This document shows, piece after piece, positions 34,644 to 44,042 of a stretch of DNA of 45,970 nt (its first letter is position 1; each line of letters opens with the position of its first letter). The notes under the pieces are model-generated. The model was not told the origin of the DNA. It saw only the letters and a list, made by a program, of their open reading frames with translations, and searched no databases. The stretch lies in IMG/VR virus record IMGVR_UViG_2778261461_000002, positions 1 through 45,970 of that record. One strand, written 5' to 3'. Source of the stretch: a virus (taxonomy: Duplodnaviria; Heunggongvirae; Uroviricota; Caudoviricetes). The position numbers and the translations under genes were made by a program.

Positions 34644-35535
34644 GATCCCCTTCGCGCACTTCGATGTAGAGCTTTTCGGTCAGGAACTTATCGAATTTCA
34701 TGCGGCGCCAGGTCTTCCCGGATTTCTGGTCTGGTCGGTCTTCAAGCATCCAGCGGCAGTTCTGAGCGATGTAGCGCAGATAGCTTCTGAAACCGTCCAT
34801 ATCCATCGGCTTGCCGTCCAGGTTGCGGGCAATTTTGTTAGCCTTACCCCAGAAGGTGCGGATCAGATTGCGTCGCTCATCAGTGAGGCATCTCCATCCC
34901 CGGGCTTCAGGCAGTTCGTCTTTCAGGCATTGCCATACTTCATCGCATGACAAACGGGACTTTTTCTCTTCAGCGGGTTTCTGGTCATTTGCGACATACT
35001 TACTACCGTTAGGTAGTAAGTTATTTAATATATTGTTATCTGTGGACACTGGCTGGACATCGGCTGGACACTCCGCCTCCGCAGGCATTGATATAGCTGC
35101 GTTTGCGCTGGACACTGGCTGGACATCGGCTGGACAAAAATTTGACTGATATTCGTCATATTTGACCACTTTTAGAACAGTAAAACGGTTGTTCGATTTG
35201 GTGGTGATCATGCCCAGGTTCTGGAATTTACGGAGCAGTGATTTAACGCGATCAGCGGTCAAACCCGTTTCCATTGCCAGCGTGTTTCGCCCGGTAATGA
35301 ACTCTCCGCGCTCGCAGATCACATCGCCGACATCAGTCGATACCAGTGTCTGTTCATGATTAGCGCGCAGGAGCAGGTGAACCCATAAATGAGCCGCCTC
35401 AGCGTCCTTGTAGAACGGCACATCCATAATTTTACGGTGCAGCAAGGCAAACCCCTTACCGTCATTCGTGCGCGGTTTCTGGAGCCTTCTGGCCTCTCTG
35501 GCTTCGGCTAAATTGGATACGTTACCCACGGCCAC
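34630..35535 (-). CDS. replication initiator (lambda O-like organiser) containing internal ori iterons
   Basis: 301 aa; HTH-like N-terminus; repeated peptide CPADVQPVS encoded by DNA iterons; position upstream of helicase. Confidence 0.65.
   Translation of the reverse strand: MAVGNVSNLAEAREARRLQKPRTNDGKGFALLHRKIMDVPFYKDAEAAHLWVHLLLRANHEQTLVSTDVGDVICERGEFITGRNTLAMETGLTADRVKSLLRKFQNLGMITTKSNNRFTVLKVVKYDEYQSNFCPADVQPVSSANAAISMPAEAECPADVQPVSTDNNILNNLLPNGSKYVANDQKPAEEKKSRLSCDEVWQCLKDELPEARGWRCLTDERRNLIRTFWGKANKIARNLDGKPMDMDGFRSYLRYIAQNCRWMLEDRPDQKSGKTWRRMKFDKFLTEKLYIEVREGDRDDR
35021..35136. repeat. ori-like iteron array with AT-rich flank
   Basis: 28-bp direct repeat tggacactggctggacatcggctggaca at about 35043-35070 and 35109-35136, each made of three (c)tggaca sub-repeats, preceded by an AT-rich stretch. 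Confidence 0.6.
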
Positions 35536-35757
35536 TCTCCTTACGTTTCAGTTCTTCCAGGATGGCGCGCATCTTCTCTGCCACAATCGGGTTAACCGAG
35601 CGGATGAAGCGGTCGCGGGTTATGTTTTTATGTACAGCGGTATGGTAATAGCGTGGATTTTTTGCCATTATTCCTCCTGCAATGAGTGCACACGATTTGC
35701 ATCTGAAGGCCAGTTCTGTTCGCGCAGACTGGCTTTCGCCATTTTTGAAACTTCCCA

Positions 35758-36300
35758 TCACATAACCCCCAACATCGAAGTGACCATAGCCATCAGCGGC
35801 GCGGTCAGATCCGGGTCGACACGGAACATCTCTACAATCCCCTCACTGAGTTCCTTGAGCTTCTGGTGACGCGGGGCGTTCATCGCAACGGCCACTTTCG
35901 CCTCGCTCGTTTCTTTCTCAAGTCGAGCTAAGCGGGACATAAAACTGTCCTCTGGAAGAAGTCGATGGCGATACTCCAGCGGCAAAACGGCCATGATTGC
36001 GGGCGTCAGCTGGCGCACGTTCTCGCGGTACTGCTCAGAGTCGAAGCGGTTATCCAGGAAGCGGAACAGCTTCTGGCGCGCCCGGCTGATGTCGTCCGGA
36101 AAGCTGATGGCGGTCCCGCCCTGCTCCCGGTATTCGTTGATGATCAGCGCTGACACCACGTCCTGATTATCCAGCGCCGATGACCAGGCACGGACCGCAT
36201 CGCGGATCTTTTCGTGGTCCGGCGTCGCTTTAGCTTGAGCGCGGTTTATCATCGCTCCCGGGTGTATTCCGGTATTGTGTTGATACGCAAGTGAATGCAT
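35758..36300 (-). CDS. YdaT-like / CII-position regulatory protein
   Basis: 180 aa; resembles Rac-prophage YdaT as recalled (EYREQGG and LTPAIMAVLPLEYRHRL blocks); sits where cII lies in lambda. Confidence 0.45.
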   Translation of the reverse strand: MHSLAYQHNTGIHPGAMINRAQAKATPDHEKIRDAVRAWSSALDNQDVVSALIINEYREQGGTAISFPDDISRARQKLFRFLDNRFDSEQYRENVRQLTPAIMAVLPLEYRHRLLPEDSFMSRLARLEKETSEAKVAVAMNAPRHQKLKELSEGIVEMFRVDPDLTAPLMAMVTSMLGVM

Positions 36301-36317
36301 TGCTTTCCCTTTCGTGG

Positions 36318-36551
36318 TTAGGCCGCAGTATCACGCGGCGATGCGAATACCAGGCTTTCTTTTAGGACCGGAGCCTGGCGGTGAAAATTCTTCGTGCCTT
36401 TCTCGATAGCAGATGCCATTTCTGGAGATGCCCGGCGATTTCCGTAGGCGATCTGGTCCAGGTAACCTGGCGTCGTGTTAGCCAACTTTGCGAGCTGCGC
36501 CCATTCGTCGGTAGTGGCGGCCTTGCGCCAGCGGTGTAGTTCAGTGCTCAT
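36318..36551 (-). CDS. cro: Cro-like repressor (HTH)
   Basis: 77 aa; divergent from CI across an operator-containing intergenic region. Confidence 0.6.
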   Translation of the reverse strand: MSTELHRWRKAATTDEWAQLAKLANTTPGYLDQIAYGNRRASPEMASAIEKGTKNFHRQAPVLKESLVFASPRDTAA

Positions 36552-36583
36552 TGGTGTCTCCGGGTGAGTCGTTTGATTTGGAG

Positions 36584-36649
36584 TTTAGCGTTATGCTAAA
36601 TACTACGCAAGCATCATTTAGCAATTTGCACATTTATCATTTTGCTAAA
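36584..36649. promoter_or_regulatory. OR-like operator cluster (TTTAGC-N5-GCTAAA sites) with divergent promoters
   Basis: perfect palindrome TTTAGCGTTATGCTAAA at about 36584-36600 plus two degenerate copies; lies between cro-like start (36551) and cI ATG (36668). Confidence 0.55.
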
Positions 36650-36667
36650 AGCAGTAACAATGCAGGT

Positions 36668-37345
36668 ATGGAAAATAAAGAAATCAGAAAAGCCAACCTG
36701 GAAGCGCTGTACGAGAAGCGTCAGCACGAGTCTGGAATGACCAAAGCGCAGTTTGCCGAGCTCATCGAGACAAGTCCGGCTGCGCTTAGCCAGCTACTGG
36801 GACCAAACCCTCATCGCAATATCGGCGATAAGATGGCTCGCAAAATTGAAACTGCGCTTGATCTGCCTTTTGGCTGGATGGATGTTTTACACGCCAGTGA
36901 AGAACCTTCGAACGTTGCATTTCGAGGACTGAACGAGACAAAAGGAAGTTATCCTGTAATCAGCTGGGTAAGCGCGGGGCAATGGATGGAAGCTGTAGAA
37001 CCTTATCACCGAAGAGCGATAGATCGCTGGTATGACACGACTGTTGACTGCTCAGAAGATTCATTCTGGCTGGACGTTAAAGGGGATTCTATGACCTCCC
37101 CGGCTGGACTAAGCATACCCGAGGGAGCAGCGATACTTGTTGATCCTGAAGTCGAGCCGCGCAACGGAAAGCTGGTTGTCGCGAAGCTAGAAGGCGATAA
37201 CGAAGCGACCTTTAAGAAGCTTGTAATCGATGCCGGCAGACGCTTCCTAAAGCCCCTTAACCCCGCATATCCAATGCTAGAAATTAATGGAAACTGCAAA
37301 ATCATCGGCGTTGTGGTTGATGCCAAAATACTAAACATCCCATAA
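36668..37345 (+). CDS. cI: CI-type prophage repressor (HTH + LexA-like S24 autopeptidase domain)
   Basis: C-terminal VKGDSM Ser motif and Lys in ATFKKL; N-terminal HTH; ORF track starts at TTG 36551 but ATG 36668 (MENKEIRK) avoids the operator region. Confidence 0.85.
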   Translation: MENKEIRKANLEALYEKRQHESGMTKAQFAELIETSPAALSQLLGPNPHRNIGDKMARKIETALDLPFGWMDVLHASEEPSNVAFRGLNETKGSYPVISWVSAGQWMEAVEPYHRRAIDRWYDTTVDCSEDSFWLDVKGDSMTSPAGLSIPEGAAILVDPEVEPRNGKLVVAKLEGDNEATFKKLVIDAGRRFLKPLNPAYPMLEINGNCKIIGVVVDAKILNIP

Positions 37346-37365
37346 CCTCACGCAAAACCCCTCAA

Positions 37366-37389
37366 GCCCGCCATCGCGCGGGCTTTTTT
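37366..37389 (+). terminator. rho-independent terminator after cI
   Basis: hairpin gcccgc-catcgc-gcgggc followed by T6. Confidence 0.55.
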
Positions 37390-37428
37390 ACGTCCCGAAT
37401 TACTTCGCTGTAAATTTTTAATCGCTTA

Positions 37429-37503
37429 TTAATCAATACGCTAAATAAAACCATTCAATAATTTAGCATTTTGCTATTGCGCATAATTTAGCATCACGCT
37501 AAA
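37429..37503. promoter_or_regulatory. OL-like operator cluster and pL-like promoter region
   Basis: perfect palindrome TTTAGCATCACGCTAAA at about 37487-37503 and two degenerate copies, same consensus as at OR. Confidence 0.55.
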
Positions 37504-37803
37504 TTTACCCCATCGAAACGAAACATCGACAGCTGAGCGAAGTTAGCCAGCGGCGGACAGCAAGTCGCCTGCTCATTAAGAATTCAGTCAAGCAGCAAAT
37601 CACCCGGAGCGCTCCTGGCAAATTGAAATGGCGCCCAATGGGATTGAGGCAGGTGTGTAACGCGTGGCGGGTATAGCACACGAAGAGGACTCCGCACCGG
37701 AATGGTTTGCTGCTCAGTTCCCGAACATCGGGGAAGCTTTACCAGCAGCTCTTTGCGAGGGGCTGACGGCAAATCTACTCCACTTATTTAAAAGAGACGG
37801 TAT

Positions 37804-37977
37804 ATGGATAATCAGGATAATGAGTTAAGAAAGGTTGTTCAGGAACTTGCTGATGAAGAAGGCATCAGCTTTTCCGATGCCCTAGATGTTTCGATTAAAG
37901 CGCTGCGTTATGAGGTAGAGCGCAGAAAATCGTTTAACGGTGAAGCTGCTTGTGATGGCTCTGCAATTACTTCTTAG
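37804..37977 (+). CDS. small acidic ORF (57 aa), first ORF of the pL-like transcript
   Basis: ATG verified; below the ORF-track size cutoff; not Arg-rich, so not an obvious lambda N analogue. Confidence 0.3.
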   Translation: MDNQDNELRKVVQELADEEGISFSDALDVSIKALRYEVERRKSFNGEAACDGSAITS

Positions 37978-38245
37978 CCAAGTACCAAGAGGTGTCTGCG
38001 GCTTCGGAAACCAGTACGTAATAGCTTTGCTTTACACTACTAGCTATACCTCTGACTTCCTCTCTAACGTTATATGCAGTTGATGTTTTTACGGTTGTAT
38101 ATTCAGCTGTTGGGAGGTTAAACCAAGTGCCATTACCATCCTGTATCTCACGCGAATAACCCTTTGCTTTCATCTTTTCATGAAGATTTTCATAGTCTTC
38201 AGAATCAGCGCCGCGCAACTCAACTCGAACAATATATCTTGCCAT
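37967..38245 (-). CDS. hypothetical protein (92 aa from internal Met), convergent with pL-like operon
   Basis: ATG at 38245 with AGGAA Shine-Dalgarno; ORF-track N-terminal extension would be encoded across a terminator hairpin and is unlikely. Confidence 0.45.
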   Translation of the reverse strand: MARYIVRVELRGADSEDYENLHEKMKAKGYSREIQDGNGTWFNLPTAEYTTVKTSTAYNVREEVRGIASSVKQSYYVLVSEAADTSWYLAKK

Positions 38246-38359
38246 AAGAAGATTCCTATATTGACTGTGGAATGAGCAACATATCAGTTTCCTTTGACTG
38301 TGGAAAGCAAAGGGACACGGGCCGGGCGTGGATAAAAATCCCGGCACCAACCATCGCAA

Positions 38360-38383
38360 AGCCGCCACCTGAGCGGCTTTTTT
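38360..38383 (+). terminator. rho-independent terminator (tL-like) on plus strand
   Basis: hairpin agccgc-cacctga-gcggct followed by T6. Confidence 0.5.
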
Positions 38384-38516
38384 CATACCTAAGAAACTTC
38401 GCAGAGGTTTCTAAGTTATGAGACGGCGGCCATCCACCGCCCATTGAAACACTGAATAAATGCGTTGAAGTCTTGTATTAACCGTTCCGTTCGCCGCGAT
38501 AAGGCCAAGAGGATTT

Positions 38517-38756
38517 ATGAGCAACAAAACTGGAGGGCGCGCTTTCCCGTGTGATTCTATCGTGGAGCGCGACGAAGTTGGTCACTTACATGGTTTCGAA
38601 GTCAGCTCTGGCGGCATGACCCTACGCGATTACTTCGCGGCCAAGGCTATGCAGGGTCGATTAGCCAATCCTGACTGGTTGTGTAGCGATGACCGCACGG
38701 CAACCGAAGCGTACCAGATAGCTGACGCAATGCTCCGCGCCCGGGAGGCCTCATGA
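38517..38756 (+). CDS. hypothetical early protein (79 aa)
   Basis: ORF track; ATG verified at 38517; first of a chain of overlapping early genes. Confidence 0.4.
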   Translation: MSNKTGGRAFPCDSIVERDEVGHLHGFEVSSGGMTLRDYFAAKAMQGRLANPDWLCSDDRTATEAYQIADAMLRAREAS

Positions 38757-38908
38757 CAGTCACCCACAACGGCAAGCAGTACACCGCTAAAAAGCTCAAC
38801 GATAACGAGTGGCAGCTGACATCAGTATCGGCACCGCGCGACAAGCTGACACTGAACCGCTGGCAGATGCATGTTGCTGGCCTCCTGAAACAGGTTAAGG
38901 TGAAGGTA
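38753..38908 (+). CDS. small coupled ORF (51 aa), missed by ORF track
   Basis: ATGA overlaps at both ends with flanking genes. Confidence 0.3.
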
Positions 38909-39117
38909 TGATGCACCACTACGGCACCACCCCGCTCATTCGCCAGTGCGTCACTCCTGGCATGATGGCAATGCATGAAGGCCGCACCTATCGAGTCTCA
39001 GCAGTCATTCAAGAGCGCAAATGGGTATACCTGCACACCGATGCAGAAATCATCCGCCTCAGTGACTGCGTGATTGACGTTCTTCTGGACGGTCACGGCA
39101 ACCCTATCCAGCACTAA
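38908..39117 (+). CDS. hypothetical early protein (69 aa)
   Basis: ORF track. Confidence 0.3.
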   Translation: MMHHYGTTPLIRQCVTPGMMAMHEGRTYRVSAVIQERKWVYLHTDAEIIRLSDCVIDVLLDGHGNPIQH

Positions 39118-39187
39118 CCACCCTATTCAACCGATCGGCCTGGCTTTTTGCGGGCGGGATCTGCACATCCAAATTTCAGGAGAAACC

Positions 39188-40159
39188 ATGAGCGAAGTAA
39201 CGGACTTAACTGTCATCGAAATCAAGCCGGAGCAGGCGCCAGCGCTGTACGTAGCGGGCGGCCTTGATACTTACCTCGAACAGATCCGCCAGGCAGTAAA
39301 CGAAGTACCGGACCTGTCCACGAAGAAAGGACGTGACCGTGTCGCCTCTCTGGCGGCGCAGGTGTCCCGCAGTAAGACGGCAATCGAAAAGCCTGGCCGT
39401 GAGTACCTGAAGCGACTGAAAGAGGCTGTGCGTCCGGCTGAGGCTGAAATTAAGCGATTCGTTGATGCCTGCGACGAGTTACGAGATGCCACCCGCCGCC
39501 CTCTAACCGAATGGGAAGCCGAGCAGGAACGCATCAAGGCTGAAGAAGCCATGAATGCTCTGCACGCCGAAGCGCTGGTGATGAACGAGAGCATCGATTT
39601 GCAGCGGGCTATTCAGTTCGAAGCAGACCATGAAATGGCCCTGCTGATGAACAAGGATATTGACCGCGACCGCGAAGAACAGCTCCGCCAGGCGGAACAG
39701 GCTCAGCGCGAACGTGACGAGAGGCTGAAGCAGGAAGCGGCAGAACAAGCCCGCCGCGATGCCGAAGCGAGGCACAAAGCTGAGATTGAAGCCGCAGCGC
39801 GCCGTGAAGCTGAAGAGAAAGCTCGCGCTGAAGCTGCGGAGCGCCAGCGCATCGAAACGGAGCAGCGTGCGGCACGTGAGAAGCAGGAAGCAGAAGCCCG
39901 GGCGGAACGCGAAAAAGCCGCGGCAGTGGAAGCTGAGCGCCTTAAGGCAAGGCAGGCAGAAGAGAAGCGACTGGCCGAAGAGAAGCGAATCGCCGACGAA
40001 CAGGCAAAGCGCGAAGCTGACGTGAAGCATCGCAAGACGGTCGGCACCAACATCGTTAACGCGCTAACCAGCAATACCAGCTTAACCCGCGAACAGGCTA
40101 TCGAAGTGCTCACCGCTCTGAAGGATGACCTGATCCCCTGCGCGAAAATTCATTACTGA
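39188..40159 (+). CDS. charged coiled-coil protein (323 aa) of the recombination operon
   Basis: AGGAGA Shine-Dalgarno before ATG 39188; long Glu/Arg/Ala/Lys-rich low-complexity helical region. Confidence 0.4.
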   Translation: MSEVTDLTVIEIKPEQAPALYVAGGLDTYLEQIRQAVNEVPDLSTKKGRDRVASLAAQVSRSKTAIEKPGREYLKRLKEAVRPAEAEIKRFVDACDELRDATRRPLTEWEAEQERIKAEEAMNALHAEALVMNESIDLQRAIQFEADHEMALLMNKDIDRDREEQLRQAEQAQRERDERLKQEAAEQARRDAEARHKAEIEAAARREAEEKARAEAAERQRIETEQRAAREKQEAEARAEREKAAAVEAERLKARQAEEKRLAEEKRIADEQAKREADVKHRKTVGTNIVNALTSNTSLTREQAIEVLTALKDDLIPCAKIHY

Positions 40160-40166
40160 GGCAACC

Positions 40167-40445
40167 ATGAACGCATTCCTCACTTACGACCGCATCGAAG
40201 ATCGACGCTGGGCTGAGCAGCAGCTCACCGACGAGAAAGAGAAGTGGATCGACGACCGGGCGAAAGAGCTGATCGCCATGTTCCCTGCGAAACCTCTGGA
40301 GATGAGCAATTTGTTCCTGCCCCAGGAAGCCCAGTTCGCGCTGATCGGAGAAAAGGCCGAAGAGGCATACAACAAATACATATCGGAATGTGCGTATGCC
40401 CGCGCAGAAGAAGAATGGCAGCGTCAGGCGCCTTGCCCGTTCTAA
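40167..40445 (+). CDS. hypothetical protein (92 aa)
   Basis: ORF track; immediately upstream of recT. Confidence 0.35.
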   Translation: MNAFLTYDRIEDRRWAEQQLTDEKEKWIDDRAKELIAMFPAKPLEMSNLFLPQEAQFALIGEKAEEAYNKYISECAYARAEEEWQRQAPCPF

Positions 40446-40448
40446 GGA

Positions 40449-41372
40449 GTGATCATGAGCTTAACCCTTGTTGATTTCGTCAAACAACAGGAGCCGCTTT
40501 TCATTAAGGCGGCCACAGACGAGAGGATGGTATGGGCGAAGGAAAGCCAGTTCGCCATCCAGTTATTTCAGAACAACGACTACCTCGCCAAAGTTGCATT
40601 CCAGAACCAGACCAGCACGCAGAACGCAATCATCAACGTTGCGGCAATCGGCATTTCGCTAAACCCAGCTCAGAAGTTGGCTTACCTGGTACCGCGTAAA
40701 GGGGCGGTTTGCCTCGACATCAGTTACATGGGGCTGATGCACATCGCGCAGCAGTCTGGCGCCATTAAATGGTGTCAGTCGGCAATTGTTCGCAGAAACG
40801 ACCAGTTCCGCCGCGAGGGGCTCGATAAACCTCCCATCCATATCTACAACGACTTCGATACCGAAGAGCAGCGCGGGGACATCGTAGGCGCGTATGTAAC
40901 GGTAAAAACTGACGATGGTGATTACCTCACCCATACGATGCGCATCGATGCCATCTACTCCATCCGTGACCGCTCAGAAGCGTGGAAGAAGTACAAATCC
41001 GACAATAGCAAGAAGTGTCCATGGGTCACCGATGAAGAGCAGATGATCCTCAAGACGGTCGTGAAGCAGGCAGCAAAATACTGGCCTCGCCGTGAGCGCC
41101 TGGACGCCGCCATAGACCACGTTAACACCGAGGGCGAAGAAGGTATCAACTTTACAGCAGAGCGTCAGCCTGAGCGCGATATAACGCCGCTTAGCGAAGC
41201 CACGCAGAAAGAGATAAACGACCTCCTTGTCTCTTTGGATAAGACATGGGATGCCGATCTTCTCCCTCTCTGTTCACGCATTTTCAAACGCCCTATCTCG
41301 CAGCCAGCCGACCTAACAGAAGTGGAAGGTGTTAAGGCTCTCGGGTTCCTCAGGCAAAAGGCGGCAGCATGA
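40449..41372 (+). CDS. recT: RecT-family single-strand annealing recombinase
   Basis: 307 aa; RecT-like core; partnered with YqaJ exonuclease downstream (4-nt overlap). Confidence 0.8.
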   Translation: MIMSLTLVDFVKQQEPLFIKAATDERMVWAKESQFAIQLFQNNDYLAKVAFQNQTSTQNAIINVAAIGISLNPAQKLAYLVPRKGAVCLDISYMGLMHIAQQSGAIKWCQSAIVRRNDQFRREGLDKPPIHIYNDFDTEEQRGDIVGAYVTVKTDDGDYLTHTMRIDAIYSIRDRSEAWKKYKSDNSKKCPWVTDEEQMILKTVVKQAAKYWPRRERLDAAIDHVNTEGEEGINFTAERQPERDITPLSEATQKEINDLLVSLDKTWDADLLPLCSRIFKRPISQPADLTEVEGVKALGFLRQKAAA

Positions 41373-42049
41373 CACCAGAAATTATCCTGGCCCGGACCGG
41401 TATCGACGTAACTACTATCCAGCAAGGCGACGAGGCATGGCACCGGCTGCGCCTCGGCGTTATCACCGCCTCTGAAGTGCACAACGTCATCGCCAAGCCA
41501 AGATCGGGAAAGAAGTGGACAGACATGAAAATGTCCTACTTCCACACCCTGCTGGCTGAGGTTTGCACCGGTGTGGCTCCGGAAGTTAACGCTAAAGCGC
41601 TGGCCTGGGGAAAACAGTACGAGAACGACGCCAGAACCCTGTTTGAGTTCACTTCCGGCGTAAATGTTATTGAATCCCCGATCATCTATCGCGACGAAAG
41701 TATGCGCACCGCCTGCTCTCCCGATGGTTTATGCAGTGACGGCAATGGCCTTGAGCTGAAATGCCCGTTTACCTCCCGGGATTTCATGAAATTCCGGCTC
41801 GGTGGTTTCGAGGCCATAAAGTCGGCTTACATGGCCCAGGTGCAGTACAGCATGTGGGTGACGCGAAAAGATGCCTGGTACTTTGCCAACTATGACCCGC
41901 GTATGAAGCGTGAAGGCCTGCATTATGTCGTGATTGAGCGGAATGAAAAGTATATAGCGAGTTTTGACGAGATGGTGCCGGAGTTCATCGAAAAAATGGA
42001 CGAGGCACTGGCTGAAATTGGTTTTGTATTTGGGGAGCAATGGCGATGA
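41369..42049 (+). CDS. YqaJ-type (lambda Exo-like, PD-(D/E)xK) exonuclease
   Basis: 226 aa; blocks [18 protein letters not shown] and ELKCP typical of YqaJ viral recombinase domain. Confidence 0.8.
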   Translation: MTPEIILARTGIDVTTIQQGDEAWHRLRLGVITASEVHNVIAKPRSGKKWTDMKMSYFHTLLAEVCTGVAPEVNAKALAWGKQYENDARTLFEFTSGVNVIESPIIYRDESMRTACSPDGLCSDGNGLELKCPFTSRDFMKFRLGGFEAIKSAYMAQVQYSMWVTRKDAWYFANYDPRMKREGLHYVVIERNEKYIASFDEMVPEFIEKMDEALAEIGFVFGEQWR

Positions 42050-42228
42050 AACATCCTCACGATAATATCCGCGTAGGCACGATCACTTTCGTCTACTCCG
42101 TTACGAAGCGAGGCTGGGTATTTCCCGGCCTTTCTGTTATCCGAAATCCCCTGAAAGCACAGCGGCTGGCTGAGGAGATAAATAATAAACGGGGAGCTGT
42201 ATGCACAAAGCATCTCCCGTTGAGTTAA
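42040..42228 (+). CDS. hypothetical protein (62 aa)
   Basis: ORF track. Confidence 0.3.
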   Translation: MAMKHPHDNIRVGTITFVYSVTKRGWVFPGLSVIRNPLKAQRLAEEINNKRGAVCTKHLPLS

Positions 42229-42392
42229 GAACGAGTATCGAGATGGCACATAGCCTCGCTCAAATTGGAGTCAGGTTTGTGCCAATACCAGTAGAAACAG
42301 ACGAAGAATTTCATACGTTAGCCGCATCCCTTTCACAAAAGCTGGAAATGATGGTGGCGAAAGCAGAAGCAGATGAGAGAGACCAGGTATGA
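42201..42392 (+). CDS. hypothetical protein (63 aa)
   Basis: ORF track. Confidence 0.3.
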   Translation: MHKASPVELRTSIEMAHSLAQIGVRFVPIPVETDEEFHTLAASLSQKLEMMVAKAEADERDQV

Positions 42393-42684
42393 CAACCACG
42401 GAATGCATTTTTCTGGCAGCGGGCTTCATATTCTGTGTGCTTATGCTTGCCGACATGGGACTTGTTCAATGACACCTCAGCAGGAAAACGCCCTTCGCAG
42501 CATTGCCCGTCAGGCTAATTCTGAAATCAAAAAAGCCAGACAGCAGTTTCCGGATAAAAACGTCGATGACATTTGCCGTAGCGTACTGAAGAAGCACCGC
42601 GAAACGGTAACGCTGATAGGATTCACACCGACTCATTTAAGCCTGGCAATCGGCATGTTAAACGGCGTCTTTAAGGAACGATGA
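42373..42684 (+). CDS. hypothetical protein (start ambiguous; 71 aa if ATG 42469)
   Basis: ORF track. Confidence 0.3.
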   Translation: MRETRYDNHGMHFSGSGLHILCAYACRHGTCSMTPQQENALRSIARQANSEIKKARQQFPDKNVDDICRSVLKKHRETVTLIGFTPTHLSLAIGMLNGVFKER

Positions 42685-42782
42685 ACATGAAAAGCAAAAT
42701 CATCAGGGAGCTACAGGCTCCTTTTTTATTATTCGCATTCACCCTCAAGCGTATTAACCAACAATTCAGGGATTAATGAAAG

Positions 42783-43004
42783 ATGGCAGACATCATTGAT
42801 TCAGCATCAGAAATTGAAGAATTACAGCGCAACACAGCAATAAAAATGCGCCGCCTGAACCACCAGGCTATATCTGCCACTCATTGTTGTGAGTGTGGCG
42901 ATCCGATAGATGAACGAAGACGCTTGGCCGTTCAGGGTTGTCGGACTTGTGCAAGTTGCCAGGAGGATCTGGAACTTATCAGTAAACAGAGAGGTTCGAA
43001 GTGA
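42783..43004 (+). CDS. TraR/DksA-family C4 zinc-finger protein
   Basis: 73 aa; CxxC-17-CxxC (CCECGDPIDERRRLAVQGCRTCASC) typical of phage TraR-like proteins. Confidence 0.65.
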   Translation: MADIIDSASEIEELQRNTAIKMRRLNHQAISATHCCECGDPIDERRRLAVQGCRTCASCQEDLELISKQRGSK

Positions 43005-43549
43005 GCGAAATTAACTCTCAGGCACTGCGTGAAGCGGCAGAGCAGGCAATGCATGACGACTGGGGATTTGACGCAGACCTTTTCCATGAATTGGTAACAC
43101 CATCGATTGTGCTGGAACTGCTGGATGAACGGGAAAGAAACCAGCAATACATCAAACGCCGCGACCAGGAGAACGAGGATATTGCGCTAACAGTAGGGAA
43201 ACTGCGTGTTGAGCTTGAAACAGCAAAATCAAAACTCAACGAGCAGCGTGAGTATTACGAAGGTGTTATCTCGGATGGGAGTAAGCGTATTGCTAAACTG
43301 GAAAGCAACGAAGTCCGTGAAGACGGAAACCAGTTTCTTGTTGTTCGCCATCCTGGGAAGACTCCTGTTATCAAGCACTGCACTGGTGACCTGGAAGAGT
43401 TTCTGCGGCAGTTAATCGAACAAGACCCGTTAGTAACTATCGACATCATTACGCATCGCTATTACGGGGTTGGAGGTCAATGGGTTCAGGATGCAGGTGA
43501 GTATCTGCATATGATGTCTGACGCTGGCATTCGCATCAAAGGAGAGTGA
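43001..43549 (+). CDS. Ead/Ea22-like protein (second paralogue)
   Basis: N-terminal ALREAAEQA block shared with the 31866..32666 gene. Confidence 0.55.
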   Translation: MSEINSQALREAAEQAMHDDWGFDADLFHELVTPSIVLELLDERERNQQYIKRRDQENEDIALTVGKLRVELETAKSKLNEQREYYEGVISDGSKRIAKLESNEVREDGNQFLVVRHPGKTPVIKHCTGDLEEFLRQLIEQDPLVTIDIITHRYYGVGGQWVQDAGEYLHMMSDAGIRIKGE

Positions 43550-43740
43550 GATCGGTTTTGTAAAAGATAACGCTTGTGAAAATGCTGAATTTCGCGTCGT
43601 CTTCACAGCGATGCCAGAGTCTGTAGTGTCAGATGATGACCGTACTCAAACATCGGGTTGAGTATTATCTTACTGTTTCTTTACATAAACATTGCTGATA
43701 CCGTTTAGCTGAAACGACATACATTGCAAGGAGTTTATAA

Positions 43741-44022
43741 ATGAGTATCAATGAGTTAGAGTCTGAGCAAAAAGATTGGGCGTTATCAATGTTGTGCAGA
43801 TCCGGTGTCTTGTCTCCATGCAGACATCACGAAGGTGTTTATGTAGATGAAGGTATAGATATAGAGTCGGCATACAAATATTCCATGAAGGTTTATAAGT
43901 CTAATGAAGACAAATCCCCATTCTGCAATGTGCGAGAAATGACTGATACCGTGCAAAATTATTATCACGAGTACGGTGGAAACGATACTTGCCCTCTCTG
44001 TACAAAACATATAGATGATTAA
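43741..44022 (+). CDS. Cys-rich small protein (93 aa), AT-rich moron
   Basis: Cys/His pairs CRSGVLSPCRHHEG and CPLCTKH suggest a zinc ribbon; very AT-rich; own upstream gap and downstream hairpin. Confidence 0.45.
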   Translation: MSINELESEQKDWALSMLCRSGVLSPCRHHEGVYVDEGIDIESAYKYSMKVYKSNEDKSPFCNVREMTDTVQNYYHEYGGNDTCPLCTKHIDD

Positions 44023-44042
44023 ACCCAATATTACATAACAAT

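Noticed and set aside
39503-40113. 175-aa and 136-aa minus-strand ORFs
   Set aside because: Antisense to the charged coiled-coil gene; their repetitive Ala/Ser/Arg or Phe/Leu composition is the mirror image of the sense-strand low-complexity repeat
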